Source of the DNA: Syncephalis fuscata S228
Lineage: Eukaryota; Fungi; Zoopagomycota
NCBI GenBank assembly: GCA_025786725.1
Contig: JAHLTZ010000026.1
Location: 248,001-312,000, forward strand
Reading direction: 5' to 3'
DNA: 64,000 nt
Below the pieces are notes generated by a model that did no database searches, was not told the origin of the DNA, and saw only the letters and a list, made by a program, of their open reading frames with translations. The position numbers and the translations under genes are program-made. The number at the start of each line of letters is the position of its first letter. Positions within the stretch are counted from its first letter, which is position 1. Of this stretch, positions 29,911 through 44,317 are shown in pieces.

Positions 29911-30095
29911 AATGTTAATATAGCGATTGTTATGTATTAACATTAATAAATACTTTGTTATATATCTATACACATGTATACACAAACTACCAACAAGCCC
30001 AAACAATAATGTGTTTAATATTAATCAATTGTACTAAACAACAAATATGTGTTCCAGGCTAATAGCATTAAAGCCTTTAAATCAGTTCATGGCCA

Positions 30096-30424
30096 TTAAG
30101 CCGAAGCTATCTTGGTAGATTGGGTCGGGGTCTACGCGTTATATCCATCTAGTTAATATTATTATTATTCAAATCTTTACATAGACTTACCGATTCACCG
30201 GCCTTGCCGCCCTGCCATTTCTGGAACTTAAGTCCTTGTTCATCGCGACGTTGAGCAATGGTGCGCAATTCTGGCTTAAGTGCATTGCGTACGGCACGGG
30301 CACAAACAATCGAGTATTGCAAGTAGCTAGTAGTAGAGGTATTAGATAGATCTAGAATGATCTTAAGAACCGATCTTGCACTTGACACTTACGAGATGTT
30401 GGCTGCTTTCCACGAGAACGCCAT
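30096..30424 (-). CDS. ATP15: Mitochondrial F1 ATP synthase epsilon subunit
   Basis: MAFSWKAANIS|YLQYSIVCARAVRNALKPE...KFQKWQGGK. Acceptor of the last exon is uncertain. Confidence 0.88.
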
Positions 30425-30732
30425 GGTGTAAGTGTTGATATTGCTACGAATAAAGTCTCTTTTTTACTAGAACGGAACGGGTAAAGAGTAGTGGTGGTGG
30501 TAGTGGTAAGTAATTATTAACAAGTTAATCACTTCCGAAAACTGAGAAACTATCAAAATACACTCACATCAATAAATCATCCCGATAAGTGTGTGTACAC
30601 AATAATGAGCGTAAATGATTAAGTGTAAAGGTTTCGTTGTCCTCTTTATTGTCTCTGTTCCCTCGTACTAGTTTTATTATTACGGCTATTTGCCACTACT
30701 TATTGCAAGACACTGTCTATCATCTTGCAACT

Positions 30733-31192
30733 ATGGCTACTAACTATAAACAATCCTCATCGCTGATTAGCCAGCTCTTTAGCAACTATCAGGCTACAAC
30801 GGCAAAACGCGTACAATTAGTAGACGCCTATCTGGTATTCTTGTTGCTTACAGGTATTCTTCAATTTGCACACGTCATAATTGCTGGTTCATTCCCGTAT
30901 AACGCATTTCTATCTGGATTTTCAAGCACGGTTGGTGCTTTTGTATTTGCTGGTAAGTAGAATACCATTTAATAAGCTTTAATTAACATATGTGGTTTGT
31001 AGTGGCACTACGCGTTCAAACAAACCCACAAAATCAAACAACAAAGTCTATTTCTCCTGAACGGTAAAAGCACTGCTTATTATATTACTACGACAGAGAT
31101 TAATCATCTATTCTTATTCTTATAGAGCATTTGCCGATTTTATATTTTGTAATCTTGTGCTTTTCTTGGCCGTAACCAACTTTCTCGGCTAA
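30733..31192 (+). CDS. OST2: Oligosaccharyltransferase subunit DAD1/Ost2
   Basis: LVDAYLVF..TGILQF..GSFPYNAFLSGF..VG.FV|LRVQ..SPE|RAFADFIF..NFLG. Confidence 0.95.
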
Positions 31193-31259
31193 TTATTGGA
31201 TTGGACATTCTCGATTATTGTTGTTTATTTCAATAATATTGCACTTCTCATAATAAACA

Positions 31260-32730
<1,471 letters not shown>

Positions 32731-33414
32731 AATAAACGTAAAGAAAAGAATCTCGCAAAAAAAACAACTGATTTGTTTTTTGAATATTACTTTGTATAAA
32801 CCGGATTGATCATCACCGTCACACTATTTCCACAATATAAACTATAAACATTGATCAGTAACATAAAATCCATTCGCTTTAGTGTATTATTATAAAACAC
32901 GTAGTCCATTAATATTAAATAGTATCAATTAATCAGTGTATCCATATTACTCATTTTCCCCATCCACACACACACACACACAACTTATATATTTAATCAT
33001 TGCCTTATTAATTCCTATAACAAAGTTACGACCCCTTTTTCAATACACTCCCATTCACACCTTCTCTATCTATCTACCTATCTATCTCTTTCTATTCACT
33101 TCTATTACTCAGTTACTCGCTCTTGCCTTCTTACTGCTCGTGTTATTCCTCTTAAAACCACCTTCATACTATCATCAACCATATAGTACTTTGTGATAAC
33201 TCATTCTCGTAGCACTCACTCACTCACTCACTCACTCACTTCTACACACTTCTACACACTCTCTTGGAAGACTTCTTTATTTCTAGCGGTCATTTCTCAC
33301 TTTTACTGATTAGGCCGCAGCGTCTACCCTTTCGCATTTACCTCTACTTACTCGCCTAAACACTAGTTGCACGACAGCGTTTGCTTCAATAGCCACGTAG
33401 TCTAATAGCTAACC

Positions 33415-34187
33415 ATGTCACGCCATCATTCATATCGACCAGTAAGTAACAGGTATTAAGTTTTATTGTTTTACTAATAAAACAATTCTTGGCAGGTGGC
33501 TGGAGAAGAACAAGAAGCGAATACTAATGAAACACATGTCTCTGGAGAGGGCTATATTGTAACACCACCGTCTCAACTAGCTTCTACAACCGCTAACAAT
33601 GACTCTGACCATGATTCTGATGAAGATGACGGTGTTGGCCATGTAACGGGCAACAGTCGTAACCATCAAAATAATACGGCTGCTCCGAGATACGAACAGT
33701 TACGCCCACGCAATACTGAACATCCTCTTGCTGACTATGATGCTGACGATGATATCTATGCCGATACACACGATCAACCATCTACAAGTAGTGGTGGCAA
33801 TTCACATACGATCAATGATCGACCAACACCATATTCACCACCAGCACAGCCGGCAGGTGTATCGGCCAATGATGGTGTATTTGCAAACATTGCTGTTGCT
33901 TCAAATATTAAAAATTTACCTGAAAAACAACCAGAAGCTGAAATGCCTCCGGTAAATAATATGTGAAATAATAGATGAATTAACTACTTACCAGTAAATT
34001 ATTTAGCCTTATGAAGAAGTAGCACAAGATGCAGCACCATCTTATTTTGATACAACAGTCATTGCCACTGGTGATGATCCAGATGAAATTCTTGTCGAGG
34101 GTATGCCAGCAGGTAGTGCCTTTGGATTCTTTTGGAATATGCTAGGTAAGATTATAGGATATATGATATATTATTTAATTACTTATA

Positions 34188-34236
<49 letters not shown>

Positions 34237-34636
34237 ATGAGCTTTCAATTTGTTGGTTTTCTACTTACTTATTTACTACATACATCACATGCAGCCAAGG
34301 TAAGTAAACTGTATTACTATTAATTATATAATATATATATTTACCATTTCTTAATTCATATAGAATGGATCTCGAGCTGGTCTCGGTGTCACGTTTATTC
34401 AATACGGCCTTTATATGCGTAGTAAAGAATTTCGCGATGAAGAAATGGAATTTTATCAAAGTGTTAATCCAGCCGATGCGCAAGCAGAAATGGAGGCACA
34501 AGCAACCAAGAATCTATGGCTTTCCTATTTTCTAATGATACTTGGTTGGTTTATTATTCTTCGTAGTACAGGCGAGTATATTCGTATTCGTCGTATGTTG
34601 GCCGTCTATCTTTATTCGCCGGAAGGTCAAGTCTAG
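33415..34636 (+). CDS. BSD2: Bsd2/NDFIP-like Rsp5 adaptor (PPxY motif, DUF2370 TM region)
   Basis: NDGVFANI, PPPYEEV..DAAPSYF, LVEGMPAG..FFWNML.SMSFQFVGFLLTYLLHTSHAAK.GSRAGLGVT, MILGWFII. Confidence 0.88.
34189..34229. repeat. (ATT)n microsatellite in a BSD2 intron
   Basis: About 13 ATT units. Confidence 0.9.
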
Positions 34637-34934
34637 TCAGTAATGCGTGTATGCACGTTTGTCTGTGTGTGTTTTTTATTAGATTCTATTACTAATTAGT
34701 GAAGTATGTGTTCCATAACGTACTACTAATATACTACTATCATTATATTCAATGTCATTAAAACATAGTTACGATATTTATATGTTTACATTGGAATCTA
34801 TTTTACTTTAAGCTTCATACTTTTTGGAAATAAAAACATGGGACGCTAACTTTATTTCAATTCTTTAAGTAGAATAGCAATAATATGTTATCATACATCT
34901 TATTTAGTTTACTAATAATATACAATAGTCTGAT

Positions 34935-35370
34935 GATCAAATGACCATATTAATTATTTACACATTTAAACTAAATATTCGCTCTATTAAACGTGGTAAT
35001 GATTAACATCAAAGTTTAAACTACTTATCATCATTGTAGATTATTGTCCAGTATGCATATATGCTCTATTCATCTATATCGTTAGCAATGTATGTTTATG
35101 TTATTGTATATCGTTCTATGCTATATCAAATACATTCTACTTGCTATGAGTCTCAAAGATACATAGTTAATGAGCCCAATGAATTGAAATCTATTAATAA
35201 TACAATCAGAATTAGACGAACAACAATTTTAAACAACTTTTAGTTTTTATATAATAAATCAATAAAAGAGTATAATAAATTTACAAACTGAAATGGCGAT
35301 TAGTTATGTTAAAGTTATTGAATACAATGCATGAGCAGATAGCCGACATTAGTTGACATTTATTAACAAT
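34935..35370 (+). repeat. Degenerate dispersed AT-rich repeat, copy 1
   Basis: Shares blocks (tcaaatgac..ttaattat; acatcaaagNttaaaNtact; cagtatgcatatat; ccgacattagtNgacatttattaa) with 46100-46250 (+) and 46490-46850 (-). Confidence 0.65.
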
Positions 35371-36183
35371 AGTACTAAAACAAAAATAAAAATAAAGTAG
35401 ATTTAGTTAGAACAAGGCTAGACAATTATAGAATGATATATAGAATGTTATTAAATAAAGTCATTTTAACCACAAATCATATTAAATGGCTAATAAATTT
35501 AATTAAATTGTATAATAATGTTAAATGATACATTATTTTATATATTGGTGCAGTTTATTTAGTTCAATTAACAAGTATTAAAATTAAAAGTTTAAAATGA
35601 AATGGTACACAGTATGTATATATTAGTGCAACAACACTAGCACAATCAAATAGAACAATCAACTAAATAATTATTGATATTATTGCTAAAGTAGCTAACA
35701 TGACTGTAATCGTAATGAATGTAATCCATTAAAATATGTAATATTAGACTTTACACTTATTAATTAATCAATTATAATTTTCTTAATAGTTGTAATAATA
35801 CTGATTAAACAGTCATCTTATTAGGCTTTTAAAAGAAACGCAAGAATCAGTAGCGTCATTACAAACGATAAAAACGATGATGAAAAATGATGATGATGGT
35901 AATGGTGTTAGTGTAGTTGTTACTAATGTTATTATTAGTATTATTATTAATACTAATACTAATAATGGTAACAACAAAGTAAATACTTTTCTTTTTAGTT
36001 TCTGATATTTGTTGCAATAGCGACCAGAAATGACCGCCAAATGATCAATGGTCATCGTTGTATACAACAACCATTAACCAATTTTTAATGCTAGACAGGA
36101 CTCGCGTATTTTTAGTGGATCAAATACAGAAATAATATGGCGTGGTTGTATAGTAAAGCAACGCGTAGAGGTTCCTGCCATTT

Positions 36184-38447
36184 TTAAGACCACGGATTTA
36201 AACTAGTGCTTGCCGTTTGCCCATTGGCATCTAGATGAAGACCGGCCAGTCTTGAGGTAAGATCATTCGATCCAAGTGGACTACCAATGGTATTTGATAG
36301 GCCAAGTTCATTCGGCGATGATGGCGATAATAAGCCAGAGGCAGCATTGGTAGCAGTAGCATTAGCAGATGGATGATTTGCCGCTATTGTTGAGGCAGTT
36401 TGCGTAGATAGACCACTAGGCAAGGGAGACGATTCGGGGACGTCATCCATACGGAAAGGAACATCGTCGTCAAGATGAAATGAGAATCGTGGCTCAGTTA
36501 GTGAATTAAACGCAGTATTGCCTTTGGTTACATCTGGTGATAAAGCTGAATGGCCTAGACTTGGATCACCATAATTATTATGTGTATTATTATTATTAAT
36601 ACTATTGCTGTTGTTATTGTTATTATTTAGCATTGAATGCTGTATATTGGGTCCTATAGTTGTATGTGATCCAACTGCTGCAGAAATTGATCCCATTAAT
36701 AATGGATCGGGTCTATTCCAAGCACCAGGAGATGCGGCTGGCGTACCAATACTTCCAATACTGCCCACAGCCATTGATGTATGAAGGACATCAAATCGAT
36801 CATAATCGCTTAAACTGCTATGATTTGGCATAGACATTGGAATGCCGCGTGTAAATGGTGAAATGGGACTTAGTGCTGCTGCTGCGCGCCAATGGTGTTG
36901 TAGCGGCTGCTTTGTAGGCGATACTGGTGGCTGTAATTCACCCGTTTCACCGGTAAAGCCTTGAGATAAACCGCCTAGCATGCCACGTCGTAATTCATCG
37001 CTCATCTTGGAGTGCTCACGTCTTCGGCGTTTCTCTAGCTCACTTGGCGTAAGTAGTTCATCGAGTGAAGATGGAAAGAACTCTGGCTGAAAGTCATCAT
37101 AGCCCAATTCACTGCCATCATCTCTATCAATGCCTGGTTCAACGTCATCGCCTAAATGATCGATATTATCACCATTGGTGCCAGAAGCACCGCGTTGTGT
37201 CAATAAATTGGTTACACGAAGTTGATTTCGGCGTGCTTGAAGACTTGCTGAAAGTGGCGATTCGCTGCTACGTCCCTCGTAGGACAGCGAGAGTAGAAAA
37301 GATCGCTCACCTCCAAAAGGCGACGTAGCAAAGTCAGGTGTACGTGGTATAGCCACTTCTCCTAATCCTTGATTAGCACCGCCAAAACTGCTGCTTAATG
37401 CAGGACTAGTAATAGACATAAACTCACTAGCTGCCACGCCGTTCATTAACGAAACAGTAGCACTTCTTAGTGGACGAGGACGAGGACGACCACCCGCTGC
37501 TGCTTGAGATGAATCCATTGCCAGATGATGCCATCTGTACTTGGCAGTAATGTGGGTAGACTTGGCTGTCGACTCGGTATACTGATTGAATTCATACCCG
37601 TTGAACCTCCCAGTGCATCTGAAATGCCTGTATGCGTATTTGCAGTATCATATAGACGATATGCATCGCCAATAGGAAAGTCATATCCCAAAGGATTGCC
37701 AGTACCCATGTCTAGACCTGTGCCAAATAGATTAAATGCGCCTGTATTATGGCCAAGGCCTGGACTAGGCACTGAAACGCCTGTATATAATCCGTGTGTA
37801 GTGCAGCAGATGTTAACGGTAATTGTAGCGGTGATCGCATGCCGGGTGATCGAGGTAAATGTCCCCCACCAGCGTTATTTACTCGATCGGCTGATTGCAT
37901 GACTAGTGAACGTTGATTTAACAATGTATTTGGTGTTGATGGCTGAGAAGCACGCGTGCCTGTTTGATTTGATCCAGATGTATGGCCAGAGGCACGCGAA
38001 CCTCCTCCACCTCCTGCTGGTGTCGATGGTGCTGTTGTTGAGTTTCCTCCGTTGCCACCACCAATGTTACTACTCACGCGACGACGAAAACGACCATTTC
38101 CGCCTGCACCGTGAACTAAAGCGCATTTATTTCCAAATTTACAGTTGCCTTTAAGATAGTATTTGCATAGCTCGGTGCTGGCCGCCTGGTGAGAAAATAC
38201 ACACGAATCGCCTGCTGTACAATTGCCTTGTCGATAGAACTTGCATGGTACGTGTTTAAGCGAGTCGTCTAAACGATGCCACAATAAATATATGTACACT
38301 ACTGTTGAAAGCAATCTTACCTTTTACATTGGGTCCTACTTGACCGTTAGCAGCACTAGCTGCCGCTACATTGCCAGCAGCTCGTCCTTGCCCATTACGG
38401 CTGCCGGCATTCCCATTACCAGGTATTCCCTGGTTATTGTTCTGCAT
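36184..38447 (-). CDS. Tandem CCCH zinc-finger protein (Lee1/Cps3/makorin-like N-terminus) with long disordered tail; two apparent frameshifts
   Basis: HVPCKFYRQGNCTAGDSCVFSH, CKYYLKGNCKFGNKCALVH, and FFPSSLDELLTPSE motif. Intron at ~38320-38269; frame changes near 37795 and 37530. Confidence 0.8.
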
Positions 38448-39804
38448 ATCAAAGTTGCCTATTCGCTGTTTGGCTTACTAGTAATTCGAGTATAAATATA
38501 AAAATAGGCTCAGTGGATTGGCCGTGAATAAAGAGAAGAACGTCACAGTGTTTTTAGAATTGACTAGAGTAAATGAGCAAGTATGGCTACAATTACGCAA
38601 GCTGCAACACGGGGGGCGTGCACCTGCAGCAGCAATGGCCTGCTCCGAAGTAGATAAAGTTGTTTTCAGTTCGGTGCCTATTTGTTGTGCAAACGCCAAA
38701 GGTGAACTGGACGGCACGAACACGCAGTCTGTAGTATATGCAAGGCCGTCTGGTAGATAAATGGATAGAGGGATAAGCGGGACCAGCGCAGAGTGGATAT
38801 GTGCGTGTTCAGCAAGTGGTAAGACGGGCGTTGCGTACAACCTACCCTGCTCACACTCCCGTAGAATTCAAATAGAGAGATGACGTTTGAAAAGAGTCGA
38901 AAGTGATGAAGAAAGAGGGGATGACAACGAATAGATTGGACTGTGAGTGAAGCGGTGAAAGATGGAGAAAAGTGGAGAGCGAATAAACCGGCCTTACAAC
39001 GTAACCGATCGCCGACATGATTTTACCTCAATGTAATTGTGTGTGTGTGTGAATGAATTTGAGTGGATGAGAATTACAAGTTAGTATGCAAAAGAGTAAA
39101 GATCTTTTTTTTCTCGTCATCTCAAAACTGACCCATTAAAATAACATTTATTTTAATTAATGAATATATCTGATTTATATAAGCAAATCATCGTGTAAAT
39201 ACTGTGTATACTGTTGTATTTATGTACTATAATGTAGATTATTAGTGAAGCAACAACACTGTAAAGTTATATGTGCCATATATTATTATTGCGGGAAATG
39301 GTTTTTTTTATAAGTCTCAGCTATATTACTAAGCTTTTATAACAGCAACACAGCTTTTTTTAGTATAAAGCGTTATGCAAAACTAAGTTAAATGGATTAA
39401 AAACGGAACTATGTTTTATTACTACAGTTTTGCATAGTTGAATAGGAACGACTAAGTGCAAACTTGTTGATATTATAATGATACCATCAATCAAATGGTG
39501 AATAAACCAGAGCATTGGCTGAAACTTGATGTATAAATGGGCTAAACGGCAATTGTCGAATGATTTTGCTCTTGCCGAATATATATCTAAAGCTTGTTGG
39601 ACTAACAGTTCAATTAAATCACCAATATTAATATCTTGAGTGTACCAGCTATGCTATAGTTATAAATAGATACAACACACCCATATAATTAGCGTATAAG
39701 TCGACACTATGCAATTTACTTACAGTCTATTAATACATATTAATAAACGCACAAAATAAGTGATACGCTTATTATACAATTTAATTGATATACAGTGCTA
39801 CTTG

Positions 39805-40037
39805 CTAGTTATCAATACGAGTTATTACATGTACATATACAGCGGATGTCATAAAATCACCTACGATCTAGTAATATTAATTTAATAATACAAACAGTAT
39901 CCAGTTAGTTAAGTATCTAATTATTGTAGTTGCAACATACCACGACGGGTTAGAGTTGAACGGCCAGCATCCACCACAATTGTAGTGACCACAAGAGCTA
40001 TGACAATGTTGCAAACGACGACAATGGAAAGTTTTAT
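39805..40037 (-). pseudogene. Candidate degraded small secreted peptide gene (ATA in place of ATG)
   Basis: (I)KLSIVVVCNIVIALVVTTIVVDA-GRSTLTRR resembles signal peptide plus dibasic propeptide. Followed by a GTATGT donor, CTAAC branch and TAG acceptor. Exon 2 is either interrupted by TGA (..FYDIRCICTCNNSY) or short. Confidence 0.4.
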
Positions 40038-41435
40038 GATGCTATTGATTTATTGTGCCAAACAAGTAAAATAGACACTAAAGTGTAGTGGTATAAAGTA
40101 GATGGTAGTGAGTGTTCGGTAGAAACTGGAGTGTAATGATAATACAGCTAACTAGATGTGTAATTTTGTGGGCTATTTAAGTCTATGGTTATGCTGAAAC
40201 ATCAACATGCTGTATTTCATGGACTATACTATTGATGTACAGGGTGAACCAATAACAGCACAGCTACATGATGGCTTGAAGCACGATTATACCGGTATAT
40301 TGGTGGTATGCTAGTGTAAAGTCAGGTCCTTACTTCAGCCCGTTTGGTATTTACACAAATGATGTGGCAATATTACTATACAGTACATATGTGGTAGAGA
40401 CACATATATTTACTATGTTATTACAAAACTTGACCATGTGATGTTAACTAGATCTATTGGTTCTGGAAAACGATGAAAATGCATCCATGTGCCTTTGCTG
40501 TTGCTTTCATCAGCAGTTTTAATCTCCAGTATTTGCATGCATCCCAACAGTGCAGAACATCAATACAGTAGCAGCGTTATTGTATTAGACCTTCAATTCT
40601 TTACAGAGCCTACTGCTATGCATAAACTAGTATTCTTTAAGCCATAAAAATGTATCAATTGGTTCGCACGTGTGTTTAATTTGACATTGTAACTTGATTA
40701 CAGAAATAAGCTGTTTATTTTTAATACAATGCTATCAAATGTTATAGAGTAAATAGCCATGTCTAACGATTACAAAAGCTGGGAAGTATTTATAGCTAAT
40801 GATTATCCATTATGCTTACTGTGTGTTATTGGCACTGCATTTGTGTCTACCACCGTGTCTGGCCTGTGCCTACTTGTTTAGCTGTTGCCAAAATGTATCC
40901 TGTGTATATTATACGCAAATATAGCAATCTCAATCAATAAATCATTATCATGCTATCAATACCAGCTGTTATATTATACAGTATTTAGTAATATCAGCAC
41001 GATTATGTAGCTGATTGTCATTTGAATATGCAGTCAATTCGTTGTTTGACTTGATTTATACAAACAGCCCACTACGTTTGGCTAGTGTCATTGATTGTCT
41101 GAAATAAAGTGTCAGTTTCCACGTATATCAATTAATGATGCAGAACAATTCAGTGCCATTACATCGTTGTTTATTACATGATAATTAACAGCGTCATCTC
41201 TTAATCTTAATGACAGCTAGTATTTATTATGATTGACACCATCATGTCACTATTTAACCCACTAGTATATAATGTGCAACAAATATTGCTACCGACTAGT
41301 TAGCTCATCATCACAACAATCATTCAAGATTGATTACCTACTTTGACTCTACTCACTACATTATAGAACTGTTACATTCGCAATAGATACCGACCTACAC
41401 ATTCAATTGATATCAATCGACTATCCAATTACAAG

Positions 41436-41852
41436 ATGCTTACTTTTCGTTCGGCCATTTCAACTGCTGCCGTTGTCGCTATTATTATGCTGCTTCATGA
41501 ACATGTGGATGCCCAACCAATGGCTTCGGTTGAGCGTAGATCATTCGGCATCGGTGGCTATCCCGGCTCGTATGCGCCATGGAGTCCATATTGCTACAAT
41601 GGCTGCTACGGTGGCTATGGCAACTATGGCTATGGCAATTGCGGCTACTCCCCATGGTTTGCATCAAACAACAACAACTTCAATGCAAATAACAATGCAC
41701 TTAACGCGAATGCAGTTACCAGCGCGTTCAATAGTCATCAAAATGAGGCCGATCACATTGCCAACTCGGATGTGAATGCCTACACCACCGCAAATAACAT
41801 TTACACTGACAGCAACTATGTTAATAGCGCTAATCATAACATTGTCGGATAA
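41436..41852 (+). CDS. Small secreted protein: signal peptide, RR propeptide site, Gly/Tyr/Cys-rich then Asn/Ala-rich domain
   Basis: 138-aa single-exon ATG ORF with a hydrophobic N-terminus ending VDA|Q, then ERR|SFG, GGYPG..YCYNGCYGGYGNYGYGNCGY, NNNNFNANNNALNANA. Confidence 0.8.
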   Translation: MLTFRSAISTAAVVAIIMLLHEHVDAQPMASVERRSFGIGGYPGSYAPWSPYCYNGCYGGYGNYGYGNCGYSPWFASNNNNFNANNNALNANAVTSAFNSHQNEADHIANSDVNAYTTANNIYTDSNYVNSANHNIVG

Positions 41853-42342
41853 CAAATGTAAACATGCGGCAATAATGCCAAATACCGTGTTTTTAACACG
41901 TCCTGAATAAACACGTATTTGAACTATTACAAACAATTACTTTGTAAAATGGCTATTATTTGTAAAATATTATTTTATTAGCTAGTACTGCATAATTGTA
42001 TTTAAATGAATATGCACAATCATTGTAGTGTTGTTATATATAATAAAATAATTACTATAACTTTTAAAGCTTTGTGTGTATAGTGTCGTTCTTGTAACAT
42101 AGGTAATGGAGGCATATCCATCCATGCACACTTTTTCATTTTAAATAAGTTATGACTTGGATTGCTTATACAATATTAAATAATCTTTGCTAGTGTTTAC
42201 TATGTTATAATGCACTTTCATATATAAATAATAAAGACTGTTTGACATTGTTTACGCTTATAAACAGTTGATATTGCTGTATTGATATTTTAATTTAGCA
42301 CTAGCAAATTCATAATAATATATTATAATTACAATTGATTAT

Positions 42343-42767
42343 TTAAAGACGCGATATAAGAATTAACATAGCAGTATAAGTCGATAGAACGATTATCATG
42401 GTGGCCACGACGTAGCGACCACTTGTACGAAATGGCATCCATACATCACGATGATCATAAAGTAGTTTGTGTCGTCGTATCAGTCCTATTACTAGCATGG
42501 CCAGTCCAAGTACAACAAAAACAATGCCCATGGCAAAAAACTCGTTGGCAAACAGACGCAACACAACAACACCGCTGCCGAGTGCATTCAACGCGGTTCG
42601 TGTGTAAGCACCTTCAAATGTACGCTCAAGTGCTGGCTAGTGTAAGTTTAACGTTTGATAGTAGCGCAGAGCGGTAACCTACCACGAATCTCTAGTAAAT
42701 CATCCGAGTTTAATTCTCGCGGCGTAGTTACGCCCGACGTTTGAGAAGATCTACCAATGAAATGCAT
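42343..42767 (-). CDS. DUF202-type small 3-TM membrane protein, 2 exons
   Basis: LLEIR|ALERTFEGAYTRTALNALG.., FRTSG motif, three hydrophobic helices. Confidence 0.75.
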
Positions 42768-42863
42768 ACTTGACAAAATATTCAACTGTAAAATGGTGTA
42801 GTGTAAAAGAAGGAAATAATTATTTACGTAGATGCTCGTTGCCTTTTATTTATTCTTTTTACT

Positions 42864-44255
42864 ATGCAGGACCCACCTAAGGATATTTTAGCGGTACTGG
42901 ATGAAGCGTGCAAAATTGCTTCTGTGTAAGTAAATAGAAACGCTGTAGCAGTAGAATAACAATCACTGCAGGTTACTAAATGGACAGAAACAAACCTGGA
43001 CAGAAAGACAAAATGTTGAAAAGCTGGAACAGGAATGTAAGTAAAAACGTTAAACAGCTGCTAAACCAACCAACTAATATGTTTAAAGTACATGAAGCAA
43101 TATGTAAGCGCAATCAATTAGCAGAAGACTTAAAGTTTGAAAAGAAAATGAAGCGGATAAATGGTGTGTTTGCCATGATATAAATAACATCAAAGCTTAC
43201 TGGCGATATTTAATTATATTCTGAATAGAAAAGAAGACATCAAAGAACAAAGATTTCATACGGGCGAATAGTTTACAACAAAGGGTAAATATAAATAGCT
43301 ATATTATAAATAAATACCTATAATTCTATACAATCTATTAATTAGGTTATTGATCAAATATCTGAAGAAAGCCGAATACGAAATGCAGCCGAAATCTCCT
43401 CGGCATTCCGTATGACAGGCCGTTCTCTATTTCATTTTAGTGAAAATGAGATTGGTATACGGCTTGAAACATTTTATAAAGGTAAATATTACCACTATTT
43501 TCACTACTGTTGCTACAATATTATTATTATTAATAATAATAACAATATGATATAGGTTCATTTTATGAAACTTATTATATTAGATTTCGACTAAAACTAG
43601 ATAGTAATATCAGTGTTCATAACGATGATTTAAATTCATCATTTATAGTTATGCATACTTTACCTGCCTTTATTCCAGTAGATAATATTGGACGTTGTTA
43701 TTTGACGCAAGATGTTTTAGTAAGTAGCAAACTAAATATTTTATAGGCTATTTATTAGTACACTATCTGTTCTATTTAGGATAAAGATGAGCTTGACCTG
43801 TTTTTACGCGAGATAGATTTATATCTCTCATCGTATGTTTTTCGTCGAGAGCAAGTGAAAGAGCTGTATAAGCAATCATACTGTTGCGATATTAAGGTGG
43901 ACCTTGAGCTTTGTGACTCGGTTCAATTTACTATACGATACAGTGAAAGGTAGATTATTTAATGATAGTATAACTACTAAAATCATTGCAATATTCTAAC
44001 GCCTATTAATGATAGAGAGATTTATGTCAAGCTGACCTACGACAATTTAAAGATATTTTATCCAAGTAAATTGGATGCACGCGAGAAAAGTAAATAGAAA
44101 TTACATATGTTTATTAATAGTTAGATACTGATTTTAGTATAGCACCAGAATGGGAATACAGACTGAAGCAGTTTGAACATAATCTTCAACAGTATTCAAT
44201 GATCGATGCAATACAAAAAGAACTGTTTTGTTAATATGATGGAGCTGCGAAGTAG
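42864..44255 (+). CDS. Kinetochore protein CENP-O/Mcm21-like, multi-exon
   Basis: N-terminal coiled coil, then AFRMTGRSLF, IGIRLETFYKG.FYETYYIRF, MHTLPAFIPV, FRREQV (CENP-O RWD motifs). Confidence 0.7.
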
Positions 44256-44317
44256 TATATACTATACATATAGTCTTTATTACCTATTGTCGCAACAATA
44301 ACCAATAGTAAATTGTA

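Noticed and set aside
39815-39860. In-frame TGA among Cys codons read as selenocysteine
   Set aside because: No SECIS-like hairpin recognised, the start codon is also defective, and there is no selenoprotein similarity; decay is simpler.
42343-42354. C-terminal SRL (PTS1-like) on the DUF202 protein
   Set aside because: Immediately follows a TM helix in a polytopic membrane protein, so PTS1 import is unlikely.
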